From: a virus
Strand: one strand, 5' to 3'
IMG/VR virus record: IMGVR_UViG_3300047510_000439
DNA: 64,000 nt
Position 1 is the first letter of the stretch. The number at the start of each line of letters is the position of its first letter. The position numbers and the translations under genes are program-made. The notes under the pieces are model-generated. The model did not search any database. It saw only the letters and a list, made by a program, of their open reading frames with translations, and was not told the DNA's origin. Below, piece by piece: positions 10,456-19,537 of this stretch.

Positions 10456-10833
10456 TTATTCTGTTCCGTCAGAGCTTATACCAGAAGGATATGTGTAAGC
10501 TGTATTCAATCTCATAACTAGATCACCGTCATCATTTATGTAGTAAAGAGCGTTTCTATCATCCCATCTGTACTGTTCATATACTAAGTTTTGATAAAGT
10601 AGGTCTCTGTCTTGATTTCGTCCTTCGAAGAAATCTTGACCTATTTCAAAATAAGGATAGTTGTCTTCTTCTGCACCGGGCTTGTTTACGCTAATTGAAT
10701 CAGAATTATTTAATTGATCAACTTTACCAAAAAACAATTCTCCCTTGTCTGTTCTTCTAAATCCGTAGAAAAATCTGCTGCTGAGAGTAGCTGCTACAGA
10801 ATCCGGAGTAAACCCAATATAATTTAATGACAT
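10456..10833 (-). CDS. hypothetical protein (125 aa) in fibre cassette
   Basis: ORF is tightly packed (9-11 nt gaps) between a ~110 aa paralog and a giant fibre gene. No recognisable motif. Confidence 0.65.
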   Translation of the reverse strand: MSLNYIGFTPDSVAATLSSRFFYGFRRTDKGELFFGKVDQLNNSDSISVNKPGAEEDNYPYFEIGQDFFEGRNQDRDLLYQNLVYEQYRWDDRNALYYINDDGDLVMRLNTAYTYPSGISSDGTE

Positions 10834-10842
10834 AATTTTTCC

Positions 10843-11172
10843 TTATACGATATCTACGTAGCTTATCACAGCATCTAGCGCACTGTCTTGATCAGCCACC
10901 AACAACAATTGATTTAGCGGTGCTAGTATTAATTTTTCACCTGCACTTAATGCTCTTAAACTTGAGTGTGCTGGTATCATTACATCTCTAAGATAATAAC
11001 CTTCAACACTGGTATCATCATGCACTAGAACACTTGCATAGACAATTCCAGAAGTTAAGTTAGCAAGACTTAGTCCAATTACAGTTGATCTTGTACCAGC
11101 ATTAGTTTCAAGTGCAAGTATAGGTACTGTTCCTATTTCTTTAATTACTTTATTTTTAAACGTTGTTGCCAT
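10843..11172 (-). CDS. small (~110 aa) fibre-cassette protein, paralog B
   Basis: 109 aa, same family pattern as 617-937 and 18175-18513. It starts 4 nt after the stop of the 1112 aa gene. Confidence 0.75.
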   Translation of the reverse strand: MATTFKNKVIKEIGTVPILALETNAGTRSTVIGLSLANLTSGIVYASVLVHDDTSVEGYYLRDVMIPAHSSLRALSAGEKLILAPLNQLLLVADQDSALDAVISYVDIV

Positions 11173-11176
11173 TCTT

Positions 11177-14100
11177 TTATCCTAATGTCAAAATATATTC
11201 AACTGCTAAATTTTCAGCGGCAGTAAAAGTAATAGCACCAGAACTACCTGCTACAGATACCCAACTTACTCCGTCCCAGATTTCTAAATAGCTTTGATCA
11301 GTATTATATCTAACCATACCTAATTCTCTATACGGAGGAATAGGTCTTTCAGTATCTAAACCAACTGGGACAACAAAACCTTTATTGCCCTCTATTTTAA
11401 AATAACCGGTACCACTGTTTCTAAAGTATGTTATACCGTTGTTAGTTCTATTTATAATAGATGAATCTTTAAATCCTAGTTCGTCAATAACAACTGAACC
11501 AATTCCATTAGCATTTAATAACAGATCTTGATTAAGTGTTGTAATACTAATAGTGTTATCGTCTATTGATATATCATCTACTTCAAATCTATCTGCTCTA
11601 AATCTAGCCGAAGTCATATCAGCAACTAAAGAGCCATCAGCATAAAATCTAATAGTATTATCATTTGCACCAGGAGTTAATTCAGCAGTGATATAGGTGT
11701 TTAGATCTAAGTCGTAAACACCATTAAGTGCTATCCAATTTCCATCATACCCTTCAAACAGGTTAGTGTCAGTGTTGTATCTTATCATACCAACACTAGG
11801 TGTTCCTGGTCGTTCTGCTATAGATCCTGTGGGTAAATTAAATGCGCCCGTGGCATTTAATCTTACAGTTCCGCTAGCTGCATCTAGTATAATATCGCCT
11901 GTGGTGCTTGATATTGTATTGCCACTAATTACTAAATTACCAGTATTAATTTGTTCGCCAGTAATTGTTGTTGTGCTAGCACCAGTTGTAATAGATATAC
12001 CAGTACTAGTTTCAATATTAAATGTTGCACTAGTAAAGTTTACTGTACCCGTCTGTTGATCTACAAAGAATAAATCACCAACTCTAAAATCACCATCATG
12101 ATCAACTGAGCTATATCTTATTCTTGCATTGTTTAGTTCTATAACTTCGTTAGTTTGTATAACAGTTAACGGATCGTTTGACGTTTCTTTTCCGTTACCT
12201 ATATAAGCAAAGTTTTGACTAATTAGGTACATCAATACGCCCGGACCGTTTCCGTAAGCACCGTAATTTCCGTATACACAAGCACTGGCAATAGAACGAA
12301 CCTCGCCACCAAAGTCAGTAAAGTCAACCAGTGTTATTGCTGTAGCAGTTGCGCCGCCACTAAATCTAACATCCTGCACCTGTTGAGCATCGTCGTCAAT
12401 AGTAATAGAGCTGTCTGTGCCGTTAAAATGTAGTAGCAGTACAGTGTATTGATCGCTTAGATATTCTGCTGTAGGAACAGTAAAAGTACCTGAACTGCGG
12501 CCGCTACCTTTTGAAATTCTTACTTCGTCAATGCGTCCAGCAAATGCAAAACTTCCATTAGGGTCTGCACCTATTCTCACAGGGCGAGCTGCATAGCTAT
12601 TAGCATCAACATAAGTAGAACCGACCTGTACGCCATTTATAAATGCTCGTGTATTGCCACTTACTCTAGATAAACGCACATGTGTCCAAGTGCTAATAGG
12701 AACTGTTCCAACAGGGCCTATTCTAAAATTAAAATTGTAGTAGAAATAAAGCTGATTAGCATCTGTAAGACCTAAGACAATGCCGCCGCCATCACCGGGA
12801 CTAGCAGTTCTTAGGTCAAAGATAGTTCTATACGTACCTGTTGTAGTTGGATACAACCATGCTTCTAAGCAAAAATCACCTGTACCAAATCCAAAATCAG
12901 CATGGGATGGATAAGAAATATAATCCCCTGTGCCATCAAGTTCTAAACTTGCTGTGCCAAACTTCTTAAGAGAAGTATCTAATCTAGCTTCATTTGCAAT
13001 AGTTGCAGTCTTACCGGCTCTTTCAAGATAAGTTTCAAATCCCGTCTGCTTACCAGTTATATAAAATTTACCGTCAACGTCTTTACTTGCAATAGTACCT
13101 GTTGCTAGAACAGTTACTCCGTCAGTATCATAGTAGGTTACAGTTTCACCTGAATTAAATGTGCCTGTTACATTATCAACTCTTAGTGCTGTTTTACCTT
13201 GACCTTGTAGTCCTGTTGCACCATCAAAAGCGTACATGCCTCTGTTGGCAAAATATGTAAAGCAGTTGAGCCATTCAACTCTTGCACCGTTTGTAATTAC
13301 CAGTGCATCTACACCGGGTGTGATAAAAGTTACTGAGTGAAATAAACAACTTGCTTCGCGTGAGCTTACACTAGCCACTGCACCATCAATGTACGCACCT
13401 TTGCCTGCATCACCCGCTGCAAATCCTCTAGGATCACTGCCGCTGGTTACAGAGCCTGATGTAATAACTGATACGTTTCTAACATAAGGTGAACGACTGG
13501 TTACTGTAAATCCGGGCGCAAATTTAAACGCATATCCTGTAAAGAAATCTTTTACAGTTATGTCTTCAACTGTTACTTCACCGTTAAGTAGGAATGCGTC
13601 ATTATTTTGTGTGGCAATGCTAGGCTTAATATTAACGCTTCTTAAACTGTGTCCTTTGACAGTTACGCCAGCTGGAACTGTAATTGGAAATGTTTCTGTA
13701 TATGTTCCTGGATAAATGTGAATAGTATCACCAGCACCTGCTACTGTTACAGCGTGTGTTAGACTAGCAAACGGAGCACTTGGATGATCACCGTCAAGCG
13801 AATCGCTTCCGTTTTCCGCAACATAGTAAATGTTACCCTGTCTTAGAGCTAGTTCTACTCCATCAACTGTTAAGTTAGCGGTATTGATAGTTGCAGTGTC
13901 TGCATAGATATTATCTACATAGGCATTGCGCCATTGTTTGCCGCCTGTTGCTGGATCAGAACCTAGATCATAAGCATTTGAACTATCAGGAATTATGTTT
14001 GATACTATTTCAGCATTAAAGACTACATTATCAGTGTCTTGATTACCAATAGTAATGTTCCCGTCAGCAGTAATAGATCCTGTAGCTACTATGTTACCGT

Positions 14101-14515
14101 AAACATTTGTATCTGCAAATATCTCTACAGTACCTGTACCGTTTGGACGAAATTCTAAATTTTCATTGGATGTGTTTGTACTGATTATGTTATCTTCAAT
14201 ACTAACACTGTCAACAGTTAATTTGTTTTGATATACAACAGTATCAGCTGTACCTAACTCTAGTGTAGGCTGTGTTGTACTGATTGTGTTGCCTGAGAAT
14301 GTAACATCAGCAATATTAGCTAATGTACTTACTGTTAGATTTGTACTGTAAACTGAACCGTTTACATCTAGATCGTATTGAGGTGATGCTGTTCGTATAC
14401 CGATACGGCTGTTGTTAACATCAAGATATAATAGATCAGTCTCAAAGGCCAGATTTACTCCCTCGCGAAGGAGGTTAGCCTTTAAGAGCGGACCACTAAT
14501 ACGACCAATAGCCAT
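11177..14515 (-). CDS. fibre-like structural protein with beta-helix and LamG/concanavalin-like insert (1112 aa)
   Basis: N-terminus MAIGRISGPLLKANLLREGVNLAFE is shared with 14649-17639. IYYVAENGSDSLDGDHPSAPFASL...IHIYPGTYTE..ITVPAGVTVKG is beta-helix entry. LELDGTGDYISYPSHADFGFGTGDFCLEAWLY...RIDEVRISKG is LamG-like. There are two C-terminal ERP...RYNTD...W modules. Confidence 0.85.
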   Translation of the reverse strand: MAIGRISGPLLKANLLREGVNLAFETDLLYLDVNNSRIGIRTASPQYDLDVNGSVYSTNLTVSTLANIADVTFSGNTISTTQPTLELGTADTVVYQNKLTVDSVSIEDNIISTNTSNENLEFRPNGTGTVEIFADTNVYGNIVATGSITADGNITIGNQDTDNVVFNAEIVSNIIPDSSNAYDLGSDPATGGKQWRNAYVDNIYADTATINTANLTVDGVELALRQGNIYYVAENGSDSLDGDHPSAPFASLTHAVTVAGAGDTIHIYPGTYTETFPITVPAGVTVKGHSLRSVNIKPSIATQNNDAFLLNGEVTVEDITVKDFFTGYAFKFAPGFTVTSRSPYVRNVSVITSGSVTSGSDPRGFAAGDAGKGAYIDGAVASVSSREASCLFHSVTFITPGVDALVITNGARVEWLNCFTYFANRGMYAFDGATGLQGQGKTALRVDNVTGTFNSGETVTYYDTDGVTVLATGTIASKDVDGKFYITGKQTGFETYLERAGKTATIANEARLDTSLKKFGTASLELDGTGDYISYPSHADFGFGTGDFCLEAWLYPTTTGTYRTIFDLRTASPGDGGGIVLGLTDANQLYFYYNFNFRIGPVGTVPISTWTHVRLSRVSGNTRAFINGVQVGSTYVDANSYAARPVRIGADPNGSFAFAGRIDEVRISKGSGRSSGTFTVPTAEYLSDQYTVLLLHFNGTDSSITIDDDAQQVQDVRFSGGATATAITLVDFTDFGGEVRSIASACVYGNYGAYGNGPGVLMYLISQNFAYIGNGKETSNDPLTVIQTNEVIELNNARIRYSSVDHDGDFRVGDLFFVDQQTGTVNFTSATFNIETSTGISITTGASTTTITGEQINTGNLVISGNTISSTTGDIILDAASGTVRLNATGAFNLPTGSIAERPGTPSVGMIRYNTDTNLFEGYDGNWIALNGVYDLDLNTYITAELTPGANDNTIRFYADGSLVADMTSARFRADRFEVDDISIDDNTISITTLNQDLLLNANGIGSVVIDELGFKDSSIINRTNNGITYFRNSGTGYFKIEGNKGFVVPVGLDTERPIPPYRELGMVRYNTDQSYLEIWDGVSWVSVAGSSGAITFTAAENLAVEYILTLG

Positions 14516-14629
14516 CTCTTCTCCTCAATACGGGGATCCTGTCCCTCCAACCAAATTCTCATCCTTACGGCTCTTTGCTGGTTGACCACAGTTTGGTCCT
14601 GCGAGAGTTGGTCGCTCCTGCATTAGTAG
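14516..14629 (-). promoter_or_regulatory. long GC-rich 5' leader of the 1112 aa fibre gene (candidate cis-regulatory RNA)
   Basis: A 114 nt leader between the GATAAATA motif and the ATG, visibly more GC-rich than its flanks. It holds three CCAA-type boxes (GACCAAC, GACCAAA, GTCAACC), each partly complementary (CCAAC, CCAAA, CAACC) to one downstream TTTGGTTGG. The SD GAGGAG sits at its 3' end. Confidence 0.35.
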
Positions 14630-14637
14630 TATTTATC
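14630..14637 (-). promoter_or_regulatory. late-promoter-like motif GATAAATA(CTACT)
   Basis: Minus strand reads cGATAAATACTACTaatg. The ATAAATACTACT 12-mer is identical to the one at 17661-17667. Confidence 0.45.
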
Positions 14638-14648
14638 GATTTTTGGAT

Positions 14649-17639
14649 TTAACCTAAGACAAGGGTGTAAATATCAAGAATTTCACCCATAAGTTCTGCA
14701 GTAACAATTTCGCCTTCGCCTGCTGATCTCTGCCACTCGCTGCCGTTCCAAGTTTCAAGATAGTCTCTGTCAGTATTCCAGCGTGTAGTTCCTTGTGGTG
14801 GAACTGAGGGACGTTCTACATCTGTACCTGTAGGAATTACTAGTCCCCGAACATTATCAAACACTAGATAACCATTATTAGTATGACTAACACTTAGATT
14901 ATTATTACTAGTATTATCTATAACATTATCGTATACAGCTAAATCATCAAAATATACAACTCCAGTTCCGTTAGCTTCTAGTTCTAAATTTGAATTAGAA
15001 GTTGATGTTGTAATTAGGTTATTCTGAATTAAAATATCTCCGGTATACAATCCAGTTAACTGTATTGCACCTGGTATTACTCTACCTGCTTCTATGCTAT
15101 TTGCAGTAAAAATAATGTGTCCTTGAAGGTTGTTAGCATTAATACTTGTATTTCTATTTTCACTGAATACTCCATTAAAAGTAGTTGTAGTAGTACTATA
15201 TCCTTCAAATCGTTGCGAAGTTGTATTATAACGTATATCCGACTGTTCAGATATACGCTGTGCTGTAGTTCCTCTAGGAAGTATTATATTTGAATTACTA
15301 GATACATTTAAAAAACCAGATCCAGGATTCCATATTAGGTCACCGTTTACTGTTACTACAGAATTTCCGCTGAATCTAATATTACCTATATCAATGCGTT
15401 CGCCGTCAATGTAAGTAATTTCTCCGCCAGTGTTTATAACTATTGCACTTACGCCACTAAAGTCAATACTGCTAGCATCAATACTAGTTTCACCTGTATC
15501 AAAGTCTACGTAGAATACGTTCCCAACTCTAAATGTCCCTCTAGCATCTGTTGACACATAATAGATTTTTCCGCTGTTTAGTTCTACAGCTTCTTGATCT
15601 CTTAGCGTTAGCGTTGAATCGTTATTTGCTTCTGTGCCGGCGCCTATGTATGCAAAGTTTTGTCCTATTAGATACATCAGCGTGTCTGCACCGTCTGCTA
15701 CAGCACCGTAATTTCCGTATACACTGGCCGATCCAATAGAACGAATTTCTGCTCCAAACTCTGTGCCTAAATTTGCAAAGCCTGCTGATCCCTGTAGTGC
15801 ATACAATCCTCTGTTTGCAAAATATGTAAATGAGTTAAGCCATTCTACCCTCACGCCATTTGTCATAGTAATACAATCAACACCTGGAGTTATAAATGTA
15901 GCACTGTGAAACAGCATACTTGCTTGTGTGCTGGCACTGTTTAATTCACTACCGTCAATCCATGCTCCGGCTCCTGCTGGAATCGCAGACGTTGTTGCAG
16001 GAGAAGAAAAAATTGGAATTCCTGAAGCAGGAACTAAAGACGTAGTTACATATATTCTCCACATGTTAGTATTAATAGGATCTTCAATTACGTAATCTAC
16101 AACATAAAGAACACCGTTATTATTAATAGACCAATCTGCGCCAACTACAGTATTAAAATCTGAAGGTAAGTTAGTTTTATAATAAGCTACCCAAGGTTCT
16201 CCAACAGAAGCTCCTGTAGTATCATAGTCATTAGGTGGAAGAATAAAAGTTGTTCCGCTAGGATATATGGAAAAAGAATAACCTTGCTGCAAGGAATCGA
16301 ACGGTTCAGCTAAAATAAGATTCCATAACGTTGTTGGATCTGCCGGTGACGGTTCGTATCCTGTGATTGTATAAAACGTAACAGGAGATAAAGGACCAAA
16401 ATGAGTTGCCATTGTTTTTCCAACCCAGCTTTGCACTAGTGCTTCGCTATGTCCAGATTTAGTTACAGTTATTCCATATGTGTCGAAAGATAGGCCGAGG
16501 CCTTCTGGATCAACATAAACTTCTCCAGGCGCAGTTGACGCTGCTGTTTCTGCTGTTATAACACTTACGTTTCTTACATACGGGCTACGTTCATTAATAA
16601 TTGCTCCAGAAGCAAATCTAAATGCATAGCCTGTGTTATTTCCGCTATCAAACGTAAAATCTCTAACAGTTATATTTTCAACTAGAGTATTTTGATTTAA
16701 ATGAAATATGTCTTCGCCCTGACTAGCAGTGTTTGGACTTATTATTGTATTCCTTAAATCTTCGCCAGTGATAGTTGTATTCTGTGGAACTATTAGAGGA
16801 GTAGTTTCTTCATACTCTCCGGGATAGATATGTATTGTTACAGGGCCTGCTGTGCTGCCGTCTGCGACTGCAAGAGCATGGGCTATTGTTCTAAACGGAC
16901 CTTGAGGATGATCACCTACATTTGTGTCATCACCATTTACGGCAACAAAAAAAGTGTTGCCTGGTCTAGTTGCTAGACTAGCATCTTCAACAACTACAAC
17001 ATTAGATACTAAGTTATTACCAATTAAATTGTTGGTATATAAATTTCTCCAACGTTTTACACTAGTACCTAAGTCGTAGGTTGACGTAGCATCTGGTATA
17101 ATGTGGCTGTTAATATCTGCATTAAAATCTACACTGTCAGTATTGTCATTACCTAAAGTTAATGTTCCGCCAAAAGTTATATCGCCTGTTGCGTGTAAAC
17201 TTCCAGTAACATTTGTATTAGCATGTATTTCTAATGTACCAGTACCGTCGGGTCTAATTTCTACATTAGAATTAGGTACAGTGGTACCAATAGAATTAAA
17301 ATTTATATCAAGATCGTCTGTGCGAAGATTAGATAATTTAATTTGATTAGCTGCATTTAAAAACATGTTGCCTGGTGCAACATTAATTGCTCCAGACTGT
17401 ATTGTAAAATTAGCAACTTTTAAGTCTACGTCTTGTATTAGATGACTGGCGCCCAGCGTAGTTGCTACTTCAAGAACATCTATAGGACTTTCAGTATTAA
17501 CACCAATTCTAGCTGTGTTTACTTTGAGCTGTAGTAATGCAGTGTCTAGTGTTTCGTTTTTAAAATTTAAATCAACACCGTTTCTTACAAGGTTGTCTTG
17601 TAAAACTCCACCACTGATTCTACCTATTTGCCCTGCCAT
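14649..17639 (-). CDS. fibre-like structural protein with beta-helix (996 aa), paralog of 11177-14515
   Basis: MAGQIGRISGGVLQDNLVRNGVDLNFKN N-terminus. TFFVAVNGDDTNVGDHPQGPFRTIAHA...IHIYPGEYEE..IVPQNTTITGEDLRNTII is beta-helix entry. YVSTDARGTFRVGNVFYVD module and two RYNT/RWNT modules. Confidence 0.85.
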   Translation of the reverse strand: MAGQIGRISGGVLQDNLVRNGVDLNFKNETLDTALLQLKVNTARIGVNTESPIDVLEVATTLGASHLIQDVDLKVANFTIQSGAINVAPGNMFLNAANQIKLSNLRTDDLDINFNSIGTTVPNSNVEIRPDGTGTLEIHANTNVTGSLHATGDITFGGTLTLGNDNTDSVDFNADINSHIIPDATSTYDLGTSVKRWRNLYTNNLIGNNLVSNVVVVEDASLATRPGNTFFVAVNGDDTNVGDHPQGPFRTIAHALAVADGSTAGPVTIHIYPGEYEETTPLIVPQNTTITGEDLRNTIISPNTASQGEDIFHLNQNTLVENITVRDFTFDSGNNTGYAFRFASGAIINERSPYVRNVSVITAETAASTAPGEVYVDPEGLGLSFDTYGITVTKSGHSEALVQSWVGKTMATHFGPLSPVTFYTITGYEPSPADPTTLWNLILAEPFDSLQQGYSFSIYPSGTTFILPPNDYDTTGASVGEPWVAYYKTNLPSDFNTVVGADWSINNNGVLYVVDYVIEDPINTNMWRIYVTTSLVPASGIPIFSSPATTSAIPAGAGAWIDGSELNSASTQASMLFHSATFITPGVDCITMTNGVRVEWLNSFTYFANRGLYALQGSAGFANLGTEFGAEIRSIGSASVYGNYGAVADGADTLMYLIGQNFAYIGAGTEANNDSTLTLRDQEAVELNSGKIYYVSTDARGTFRVGNVFYVDFDTGETSIDASSIDFSGVSAIVINTGGEITYIDGERIDIGNIRFSGNSVVTVNGDLIWNPGSGFLNVSSNSNIILPRGTTAQRISEQSDIRYNTTSQRFEGYSTTTTTFNGVFSENRNTSINANNLQGHIIFTANSIEAGRVIPGAIQLTGLYTGDILIQNNLITTSTSNSNLELEANGTGVVYFDDLAVYDNVIDNTSNNNLSVSHTNNGYLVFDNVRGLVIPTGTDVERPSVPPQGTTRWNTDRDYLETWNGSEWQRSAGEGEIVTAELMGEILDIYTLVLG

Positions 17640-17660
17640 TTAGGTCTCCTTTGACAGTAG

Positions 17661-17667
17661 TATTTAT
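17661..17667 (-). promoter_or_regulatory. late-promoter-like motif ATAAATA(CTACT)
   Basis: Minus strand reads caaATAAATACTACTgtcaAAGGAGacctaaATG, 21 nt upstream of the 996 aa gene start. It overlaps the 3' end of the preceding ORF. Confidence 0.45.
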
Positions 17668-18173
17668 TTGTCAAAGTTGTGGATTACAGTTACGTCTTTT
17701 CCGAATGGAACTGCTGTACCAAACTCGATATACCATCCTTCTGCTTTTCCTGGAGGATTCTGCGCTAAGGAATAGTTTGTTCCTGGAATTTGATAAACGT
17801 TTTCTACAAATACTAAAATATTTCTTTCTGTAGCAGGTATAGGATAATCTGCATCGCCTGAATTTAGTATACCAAATACAGTTTCAATTGCGTCACCTGG
17901 GCCAAATGTTTGCTGCACTATACCTGGATTTCTGTTTGGTTCTTTAAATCTTAGTTTTCTCCAAGCACCGTCTTGATAAGCTTCTACTTCATCTGTAGTT
18001 GTATTATATCTTAGATGTCCGTCAGTTGGGTAAAATGGTCGTTCAGATGTTGAACCTTTAGGAAGTCTAATAGAATTATTAGAATCCATAATTATTTGAT
18101 CATTAGTGTCAAAGTGAACACCCTTGCCTGATAGGCTTCTTAAATTTGTACTTTGACGCTTTAAAAATCTCAT
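17664..18173 (-). CDS. small fibre-associated protein (169 aa) carrying one ERP...RYNT module
   Basis: LPKGSTSERPFYPTDGHLRYNTTTDEVEAYQDGAWRKL is the same module as in the 996 and 1112 aa proteins. It is tightly packed. Confidence 0.75.
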   Translation of the reverse strand: MRFLKRQSTNLRSLSGKGVHFDTNDQIIMDSNNSIRLPKGSTSERPFYPTDGHLRYNTTTDEVEAYQDGAWRKLRFKEPNRNPGIVQQTFGPGDAIETVFGILNSGDADYPIPATERNILVFVENVYQIPGTNYSLAQNPPGKAEGWYIEFGTAVPFGKDVTVIHNFDK

Positions 18174-18174
18174 G

Positions 18175-18513
18175 TTATACTTCCAAATAACTCACAGTTG
18201 CAGAAAGATTTGTAGGTGATTCACCTAAAAGAATTATACGGTCACCTTCTTCTAAAATAATTTTTTCAGAATCAAATGTGAAAGTTTCTCCTGCGGGTAG
18301 AAGCAAATTTCTAACTACCATGTTTACATTACCTTTGGCTTGTCCGTTAGGTACTAAGTGCATATCAAAACTAGTCAATCCGTCTTCTTCGTGTCCTGGA
18401 TTTGGTGTCCAAGTATTGCAGACTAGGATTGTTGTGATAGCATATCGTTTGCCTACAGGAACTTCTAAAAGTTCTGTGTCAATATTTGTTACTAATACGT
18501 TTGCTATTGCCAT
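18175..18513 (-). CDS. small (~110 aa) fibre-cassette protein, paralog A
   Basis: 112 aa. ...LLEVPVGKRYAITTILVCNT...LLLPAGETFTFDSEKIILEEGDRIILLGES..LSATVSYLEV matches the pattern of the other two paralogs. Confidence 0.75.
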   Translation of the reverse strand: MAIANVLVTNIDTELLEVPVGKRYAITTILVCNTWTPNPGHEEDGLTSFDMHLVPNGQAKGNVNMVVRNLLLPAGETFTFDSEKIILEEGDRIILLGESPTNLSATVSYLEV

Positions 18514-18522
18514 TGTCTGTCC

Positions 18523-19497
18523 TTAAAATATCATACTGTAAATAAGAGATCTGTTGTTACTTATAATTTCGTCTCTTCTTAATTCTGCATTTACAAAAAA
18601 TAATCCTGTTCCTCCGGTGGATTCATTTTTAACATAAAGTTTTAAACCGTCTGTTGAAATTGGAGGAACAACTGAAGGATCATCAGGACTAGGCAAATAA
18701 TTTATCTGCAAAGTGTCGTCAACTACTATATGACCTAACCCGGGAGCAGATAGAACTAAATTTTCATCTGACGCTGTGGTTTCAATCCTAGTACCAACAA
18801 TTCTAATATTTCCTAACTCAAATCTATCAGCATAGATATTAGCTACTACATTAGTATCAATAGCAATTTCTATTCTGCTAGCAGTTCCTGTAGTTTCACT
18901 GTCAAGTGCTTTTACAGTCGTTGGATCTATAACACCATCACCAATCTGTGTTAATAGTGTACTAGCAAAAGCTAAAGTAATTGCATCATCAACATATTTT
19001 TTATTTGTTATATGATCATCATCGGTAACATTTGTTTCGTAGTTATTAGTGCCTTCTACGCTAATAACTCCTGAACCTGCATTAATTAAAAATAAATCAC
19101 CGCCACCTGTGCTAATGCTGTTTGTTCTAATGCCTACTAGCGTTGATAGATCATTCCTAAAAATAAATCCGCCAGTTACTGTTGTATCTGATACAGGGTC
19201 TCTCCAAGTTACATTTTCATCAAACAAAATGTAAGCATCTGGTTGTACTCCTCTATCAATCCTTATACCTGATGTGTCTAAAGTTATTCCTGATCCTGTT
19301 TCACCAGCGTTAAGAAGGATAATGTTATCAGTGACAGACATATCAGTTGACTCAACCGTAGTTGTAGTTCCTTCAACTAATAAATTACCTGTGATTATCA
19401 CAGTGCCTTCACCTGAACCTGTATTCAAAACGATTTCATCACCAGGTTCAACTGATATCTTATAACCGCCTTCTGTAACTCTTAAAAATTTAGACAT
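18523..19497 (-). CDS. fibre/neck-fibre-like structural protein (324 aa)
   Basis: GNLLVEGTTTTVESTDMSVTDNIILLNAGETG..GIRIDRG and HITNKKYVDDAI are motifs common at the N-termini of phage fibre proteins (from memory). Confidence 0.7.
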   Translation of the reverse strand: MSKFLRVTEGGYKISVEPGDEIVLNTGSGEGTVIITGNLLVEGTTTTVESTDMSVTDNIILLNAGETGSGITLDTSGIRIDRGVQPDAYILFDENVTWRDPVSDTTVTGGFIFRNDLSTLVGIRTNSISTGGGDLFLINAGSGVISVEGTNNYETNVTDDDHITNKKYVDDAITLAFASTLLTQIGDGVIDPTTVKALDSETTGTASRIEIAIDTNVVANIYADRFELGNIRIVGTRIETTASDENLVLSAPGLGHIVVDDTLQINYLPSPDDPSVVPPISTDGLKLYVKNESTGGTGLFFVNAELRRDEIISNNRSLIYSMIF

Positions 19498-19513
19498 TCA
19501 TTGTTCCTATAAG

Positions 19514-19535
19514 GTAAGGGGATTTCTCCCCTTAC
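19514..19535 (-). terminator. 9 bp perfect hairpin after the 147 aa gene
   Basis: GTAAGGGGA-TTTC-TCCCCTTAC lies 3 nt below the stop at 19538. The downstream tract is only weakly U-rich, so it may be a stabiliser or partial terminator. Confidence 0.45.
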
Positions 19536-19537
19536 TA

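Noticed and set aside
14566-14573. GAGCCGTA resembling the 5' arm of group II intron domain V
   Set aside because: There is no complementary TACGGTTC-type 3' arm nearby, and no reverse transcriptase/maturase ORF in the window.
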